In this document: piece by piece, positions 58,800 to 64,000 of the stretch
Layout of the letters: each line of letters begins with the position of its first letter
Numbering within the stretch: position 1 is the first letter of the stretch
NCBI GenBank assembly: GCA_903893795.1
Contig: CAITNO010000074.1
Coordinates: 18,766 to 82,765, forward strand
Reading direction: 5' to 3'
Source of the DNA: Candidatus Hydrogenedentota bacterium
Lineage (GTDB): Bacteria > Hydrogenedentota > Hydrogenedentia > Hydrogenedentales > CAITNO01
DNA length: 64,000 bases
Translations under genes and position numbers: made by a program
Notes under the pieces: generated by a model
Seen by the model: only the letters and a program-made list of their open reading frames with translations
Databases searched by the model: none
Told to the model about the DNA's origin: nothing

Positions 58800-58818
58800 A
58801 TACTTCAGTCTTCAACAA

Positions 58819-60222
58819 CTACCTGACGAGGCGGAAACCGAAGAAGTAGTGACCGCCGGTATTATTACTGCGGTGCGCAGAACGGGCATAGGTCCAGTCA
58901 CCCGCAAAGCAACCACCATGCAACACGTGGTAACTGCCTGCGGGAGCAGACATCCACGCACTGCCATCGGTCGGCGCGCCCGTGTAGCTGTCATGATAAT
59001 AGTCCTGGCAGTATTCCAGCACATTTCCGCACATGTCGTAGAAGCCCCAGGCATTCGGAAGCTTCAGTCCCACCACATGCGCATACTGGTCGTTTAGACA
59101 ATCATTATAGTACCAGGCGTTGGCGTCAATGATGGAATAGCTCGGGTCGTCGCCCCACCAGAACCGGGTCGTCGTGCCCGCACGGGCGGTGTATTCCGAT
59201 TGCGCCTCGGAGGGCAGGTGAAAGGTTTTGCCTGTCAACGCGTTCAGCGCCGTGACAAAGGACTGTATATCATCCCAGGAAACGCCCACCGCGGGAGAGT
59301 CCAGGTCGGAAGACACGTGGGTATAACTGGTCCAGGGCGTGGTGCCCATGACCGCGTACCACTGCCGCTTGGTCACCTGGAATTTGCCCATCCAGAAGCC
59401 GCTGGCGAACGTCACGGAGTGCTGCGGACCCTCATCGGCGCCGCGCAGAGACTCCGTGACAGGACTGCCCATGGCGAAAGTCCCTGCCGATACCCACTTC
59501 ATCACCAGCGGCACACTGCCCGGGAGCAGGGTAGTCTCCTCGGTGCCGGCGGCGGGTTCTACCAGCTTGATGTAGTCGTTGTACACGGGCGAGTAGTTGT
59601 TCGCGGCGTCCAGGTACTGCACCCGCACGGTCTGGTAGCCGAGGTCGGCTTTCGGCAACTTGTAGGCTTTTGTGGCGGTGGGGTACATCCAGTTGGTCCA
59701 GGTGGAGCCGTTGTCGCTGAAGCGCATGCGCGCCACGCCCGAACCGCCCGCATTGTCGGCATAGGTCAGCCCCAGCGTCACCGACTGCTTCGTCGTGGTC
59801 AAATCACCCTTGTTGATGATGATGGTGCCCGTCGGCGCCACCGTGTCCAGCCGGATGTAATCGCTGTAGGTGATCGAGCGGTTGTTCGCCAGGTCGATAA
59901 ACTGCACCCGCACCGTCTTGTAGCCGTCCCCGGCAGGAAGCTGGTACGACCGCGACGCCGTCAGGCTTTCATAGGCCGTCCAGGTCGAGCCGTCATTGCT
60001 GAAGCGCATGCGGGCCACGCCTGAACCGCCCACCTCGTCGGCCCAAGTCATCGCGATCGTCACATTGCGCGAGTTCGTGCACGATTGGTTGCCGTTGATG
60101 ACAATCGTGCCCGTCGGGGCCGTCGTGTCCGTCACCGCACCCGCGACCGGCTGCGGCATCACCCCAAGCGCCAGCAGCACCGCCGCCAGCATGAGCCCAA
60201 GTCCCAATGATGTCTTTTTCAT
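58819..60222 (-). CDS. FGE-sulfatase (CLec-fold) secreted protein, paralog 3
   Basis: N-terminal half near-identical to paralog 2; PNAWGFYDMCGNV, GFRLVR. Confidence 0.88.
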   Translation of the reverse strand: MKKTSLGLGLMLAAVLLALGVMPQPVAGAVTDTTAPTGTIVINGNQSCTNSRNVTIAMTWADEVGGSGVARMRFSNDGSTWTAYESLTASRSYQLPAGDGYKTVRVQFIDLANNRSITYSDYIRLDTVAPTGTIIINKGDLTTTKQSVTLGLTYADNAGGSGVARMRFSDNGSTWTNWMYPTATKAYKLPKADLGYQTVRVQYLDAANNYSPVYNDYIKLVEPAAGTEETTLLPGSVPLVMKWVSAGTFAMGSPVTESLRGADEGPQHSVTFASGFWMGKFQVTKRQWYAVMGTTPWTSYTHVSSDLDSPAVGVSWDDIQSFVTALNALTGKTFHLPSEAQSEYTARAGTTTRFWWGDDPSYSIIDANAWYYNDCLNDQYAHVVGLKLPNAWGFYDMCGNVLEYCQDYYHDSYTGAPTDGSAWMSAPAGSYHVLHGGCFAGDWTYARSAHRSNNTGGHYFFGFRLVR

Positions 60223-60375
60223 AGCGCATACTCCATTGTGTTTTGGCACCGCACGTCATTCGGCGAACTGACGAGGTCCAACCTCTGTGAGGAGTATATA
60301 GGGCAAAGGCGGGAAGGGAAATTGGTGGTATCACCAAGAAAAGGGAGGGACAAACACCTAGGTAATTCTACCCGG

Positions 60376-61038
60376 TTAGGCCTGCGCGAGCCCGTTGCGG
60401 ATGGCGTAGCGGACCAGTTCGCCGACCGAATGCAGGTCCAGTTTGTTCATGATGTTGGCGCGATGCGCCTCGACCGTCTTGGGTTTGACGCCGAGGATTT
60501 GACCGATTTCCTTGCTGGGCTTGCCGGCAGCGACGAGTTGAATGATCTCGCGCTCGCGCGGCGTAAGCCGCTCTTTGGCGGCCGGCCCGTCCTTGGCCTG
60601 CTGTCCGGGATTCAGAAAATGGTCCAGCAACAACCCCGACAGCCCCTCGGAAAAGTAGGTTTTGCGCGCGGCCAGCGCCTGCACGGCCGCCACCAGATGC
60701 CGCCGGGCATCGGTCTTGAGCACCATGCCGCGCGCTCCCGCGGTGAGCACCTCGCGCGCCAACTGCTCGGAGTCGTGCATGGTGATGACAAGCACGTGGG
60801 TTTCGGGAAGGGCCTTCAGAATCTGCCGCGTGGCGTCGGCGCCGTTCAATTCGGGCATGCTGAAATCAAGCACCGCAATGTCAGGCTTGTGCCGCAACGC
60901 CAGTGACACAGCTTCGCGTCCCGTTGCGGCCTCGCCGCAAACGGACCAACCTGCCTGCGACAGGATCAGCGCCCGCAACCCTTCCCGCACGATGTCATGA
61001 TCATCGGCTATAAGTATCCGTAAAAGCTTGAGTTCCAC
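60376..61038 (-). CDS. NarL/LuxR family response regulator
   Basis: ILIADDH, PDIAVLD, LTPRERE...G...KEI...L....KTVE.HR.NIM.KL. Confidence 0.95.
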   Translation of the reverse strand: MELKLLRILIADDHDIVREGLRALILSQAGWSVCGEAATGREAVSLALRHKPDIAVLDFSMPELNGADATRQILKALPETHVLVITMHDSEQLAREVLTAGARGMVLKTDARRHLVAAVQALAARKTYFSEGLSGLLLDHFLNPGQQAKDGPAAKERLTPREREIIQLVAAGKPSKEIGQILGVKPKTVEAHRANIMNKLDLHSVGELVRYAIRNGLAQA

Positions 61039-61244
61039 AGTTTGTCACCTACGGGAATATTAGCACAAACTACGGTCCATGTTGCACCAAATTTGCGCCG
61101 ACCGCATGGCCGCAAGAAGCGGGACTGGAGGAACACTTTGCATATACGCGTCAACACTCGCATCATATACAGTGTGGGTGCCGCATATTGGCGGCGCCAC
61201 CTGTGTGCTTCTTGACCGTAGAAAGGCGGAAAGGGGAAAGGTTC

Positions 61245-63245
61245 ATGCCCAGAAGAACGGTGCGCACAACCGTGTGCAGCGGCATGCGGCTCGCCGTTCT
61301 GGCGGTGTTTGCCTGCGCGGCGGCGTGGAACGCGGCCGGTGAAACCCGCGGCAGTGTAACCATAACAAGTCAGGCGCTGGATATCTCCGGGCCGGAGGGC
61401 ATCCTCGTCAAACCGGCGCCCATCCGCTGCCGCCTGGGGGACGATCCGCAGTGGAAGGAACCCGGTTTCAACGATGAGGACTGGGACAGGGCGGACATTT
61501 TCAAATATCCGCTGGACAATCCCCGGGCTGTGCCTCCCTTTCCGCCCGTCTGGTTCCGGTTTGACCTCCATTTTTCCCCGGACCTCATTGGCCGACCGGT
61601 CGCGTTCACCTCACTCTCCTCCCATGAGCCGGACACACAGGTCTTTTTGAACGGAACCCGGGTGGCAAACCTGCAGTTCATTGACCCAACAACAGGGGAA
61701 ACGCCACGGTGCATCGTGCCGTTTCAGGCGGACTGCCTGGTCGCAGTGCGCTGGAATCCTGAAAAGTGGCGCCTGGAGCGTGCGCTGGGCCGGGAGAAGG
61801 AAGAGGCACGGTTCATTTTTTCCATCCGGGATTATGAGGCGGCGCTTCAGAAACAGGAGCGCCTGGCCGTCAATGACCATGCGTATGCCCTGCACAGGAT
61901 CGTCCTGATAGGCGTGTTCATCGTGTTTTTTCTGTTCCACTTTGCCCTGTACGCGCATTACCCCCTGCGACGCGAAAACATCTACTACGGCATGACGGCC
62001 CTGCTTTGCATATTGGCCCTGACATCGCTCCATGTCTCCGAAGTCTACCGCTATAGCGGACCCATCTGGTACTGGTCCTACGCGGTGTTCTTCCTTGGGA
62101 TTATGCCGTTCAGCATGATCAGCGGGGCCGCCCTGCTCCAACTGCTTCTCACTGGACGCGCTGGGCGTACTTTGCCCCTGTACCTGACCGCCGGTGTCCT
62201 GATGCAAATTGCCCATATCCAGACGCCCTGGGTCAGCAACACGGCGATGCAATGCTTTCCCTTGGTGGTTGTTCCGGAACTCGCATGGCGCGTATGGTTG
62301 AGACACCGCCGGGGGGGCCTGCCGTTCAGTTGGATGGTGGTCGGCGCACTGCTCCTCGTCTGCGTCATCTTGAGCGCCCTCGGCTCCGCCCTCGGTCTTG
62401 ACAGCGACTCGGGTTTCATACGCTATGCCGCATGGTATTTCTTTGCGTTCTTCCTGCAGATTGTCGCCGTTGCGTTTGCGCGTGAATATGCCCGAGACAA
62501 AAAGCACCTGGAGGCGCGGACGGTCGAGCTCGCCGCGGAGATTGCCGAGCGCGAGCGTGCGGAAGAGGCGTTTCAGGGCATTTCACGCCGCCTGCTGGAC
62601 GTGCGCGACGAGGAACAGCGCCGCATGGCGCGGGAACTGCACGATTCGGTGGCCCAGGACCTCGCCGCCATGGTCATGATGATTGGGCAAATCGAGGACG
62701 ACCTGCCCGAGAAAAGCCCGGAACAGGCGAAGATTCTTGAGGGCACCCTCGATCTCGCCAACAAATGCGCGCAGGAGGTGCGGACACTGTCCTATCTGCT
62801 CCACCCGCCGCTGCTGGACCAGCTTGGACTGATTCCGGCGCTGCGCGCGTACGTGGACGGATTCACCAAACGAAGCGGCATCCGCGTTACCGTGGAGGTG
62901 AAGCCCGATTTCGCGAGGATGCCGGCCGATGTTGAACTGACCCTTTTCCGAATCGTGCAGGAGTGCCTCGGCAACATACACCGCCATTCGCACAGCGTCA
63001 CCGCCCGCGTCACACTCGGGCAAAGCGCCGGCACGGTCCTTCTTAAAGTGCGGGACGAAGGCAGGGGAATCCCCGAGGCTACGCTCGCGGCCATACAACA
63101 GCACCGTTCGTGCGGGGGCGGGGGCGTGGGCGTGGCAGGCATGCAGGAGAGGCTTCATCTCCTGAAAGGAACCTTCCACATTGAATCCGGCCCGGGCGGG
63201 ACCACGGTTCACGCCGCCGTTCCTCTTGGAAACAACAATAGCTAA
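61245..63245 (+). CDS. membrane sensor histidine kinase (HisKA_3) with periplasmic sugar-binding-like and multi-TM domains
   Basis: GDDPQWKEPGFNDEDW, multiple TMs, EE.RRMARELHD, FRIVQE.L.N..RH, DEGRG, G.G..GM.ER. Confidence 0.9.
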   Translation: MPRRTVRTTVCSGMRLAVLAVFACAAAWNAAGETRGSVTITSQALDISGPEGILVKPAPIRCRLGDDPQWKEPGFNDEDWDRADIFKYPLDNPRAVPPFPPVWFRFDLHFSPDLIGRPVAFTSLSSHEPDTQVFLNGTRVANLQFIDPTTGETPRCIVPFQADCLVAVRWNPEKWRLERALGREKEEARFIFSIRDYEAALQKQERLAVNDHAYALHRIVLIGVFIVFFLFHFALYAHYPLRRENIYYGMTALLCILALTSLHVSEVYRYSGPIWYWSYAVFFLGIMPFSMISGAALLQLLLTGRAGRTLPLYLTAGVLMQIAHIQTPWVSNTAMQCFPLVVVPELAWRVWLRHRRGGLPFSWMVVGALLLVCVILSALGSALGLDSDSGFIRYAAWYFFAFFLQIVAVAFAREYARDKKHLEARTVELAAEIAERERAEEAFQGISRRLLDVRDEEQRRMARELHDSVAQDLAAMVMMIGQIEDDLPEKSPEQAKILEGTLDLANKCAQEVRTLSYLLHPPLLDQLGLIPALRAYVDGFTKRSGIRVTVEVKPDFARMPADVELTLFRIVQECLGNIHRHSHSVTARVTLGQSAGTVLLKVRDEGRGIPEATLAAIQQHRSCGGGGVGVAGMQERLHLLKGTFHIESGPGGTTVHAAVPLGNNNS

Positions 63246-63664
63246 ATGCCCCGTTGGGGCGCTGTCTCCACAGGCTGGACGACACCCAAGCCTGCATGGT
63301 GGTCGACAGCGCCACGGTCCGGGATATCTTCCGCGAGTACATGCGCGAGGTGCTGGTCCCGGCCCTGCGCCCGGCCGACATCGTTATTCTGGAAAATCTG
63401 TCCGCCCATGACAACGGGGAAACCAGACAGCTTGTCGAATCTGTCCCGGCACGTTTGCTGTCCCTGCCCCCTTCAGTCCCGATCTCAACCCCATGGAGAA
63501 GATGTGGAGCAAGGTGAAGGCGTTCTTGCGCAACGCCAAGGCGCGAACGCAAGGGGGACTCTACAATGCCATTGCTGCGGATTTGGAAACGGTCACACAT
63601 CAATACGCGGCAGGCTGGTTTTCTTCGTGCGGCTATACCGCATCTCAACATTACAACACTCTAG
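63246..63664 (+). pseudogene. IS630-family transposase remnant (5'-truncated, frameshifted)
   Basis: LVPALRPADIVILENLSAH then, in another frame after ~63474, SPDLNPMEKMWSKVK...GWFSSCGY. Confidence 0.8.
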
Positions 63665-63799
63665 TTCTGCTGGGTATAGGGAGAAGCGCTCCTTTGCCGG
63701 TGAAATCCAGGACTTTGGAGGCTCCCAGCAAGGCGAGTGCCCTTCAGGGCGTATCTGCCGTGCCGCAGTTGCCATCTGCACCGGACCGGCAGCATGAAC

Positions 63800-63840
63800 A
63801 AGCCGCCCCCCGGAAAACTCCGGGGGGCGGCACTAACTTC
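63800..63840 (-). terminator. GC hairpin terminator-like element
   Basis: gccgccccccgga-aaac-tccggggggcggc just after the minus-strand stop at 63853. Confidence 0.6.
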
Positions 63841-63852
63841 GTCCTTTATCCT

Positions 63853-64000
63853 TTAGCCAGCCATGGACCTAATCTTCGCGAGGATGCTGTCGGGGTCGAT
63901 GCCCTGGTGGAACATGTGCTCGCTCAGGCCGCCCTTGCCGGGCTTGGCCACGCCGAGGTGGGCGTACTTGGGCGCGAAGCCGCGCTCGAGCAGCCAGGTG
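63853..64000 (-). CDS. 3' end of a gene running off the window, possibly a transketolase C-terminus
   Basis: open frame ...TWLLERGFAPKYAHLGVAKPGKGGLSEHMFHQGIDPDSILAKIRSMAG*. Confidence 0.45.
   Translation of the reverse strand, partial: TWLLERGFAPKYAHLGVAKPGKGGLSEHMFHQGIDPDSILAKIRSMAG

Noticed and set aside
55364-60375. Complete diversity-generating retroelement at the FGE array
   Set aside because: No reverse transcriptase, Avd-like gene or adenine-variant template repeat is visible in the window.
63246-63664. Active IS630 element
   Set aside because: 5'-truncated, frameshifted, and the catalytic DN appears as EN.

Overview
GC-rich bacterial chromosomal window, tentatively Candidatus Hydrogenedentes-like (inferred from EGEGE-repeat surface proteins, Tat-exported Gfo/Idh/MocA enzymes and many REP-like palindromes). 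Housekeeping genes (thiG-thiH, hisF, trpE/trpG, HU/IHF, tatC/tatB, rny, rarA) are mixed with secreted carbohydrate-active proteins (GH2-galM fusion, GH127, GxGYxYP, three NodB/DUF2334-LRR paralogs), three tandem FGE/CLec-fold surface proteins, a two-component pair, a Fic protein and an IS630 remnant. The best candidate for an undescribed system lies at 33.8-36.8 kb. Two tandem paralogous secreted proteins carry a near-identical ~40-aa basic leader ahead of the signal peptide, a conserved HGEGxGxxGC(V/I)(V/I)MxPP motif and a divergent lower-GC core. They are followed directly by an RRE-less radical SAM/SPASM enzyme, which suggests a protein-modification system. Other notable items are an orphan terminase-large-subunit gene with no phage neighbours, a probable 6S RNA upstream of rny, a candidate Cys-containing C-terminal sorting signal, a REP inserted in-frame in an M23 peptidase and several apparently leaderless genes. 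No rRNA, tRNA, CRISPR array or reverse transcriptase was seen. All calls come from motif recognition by eye, with no database search.
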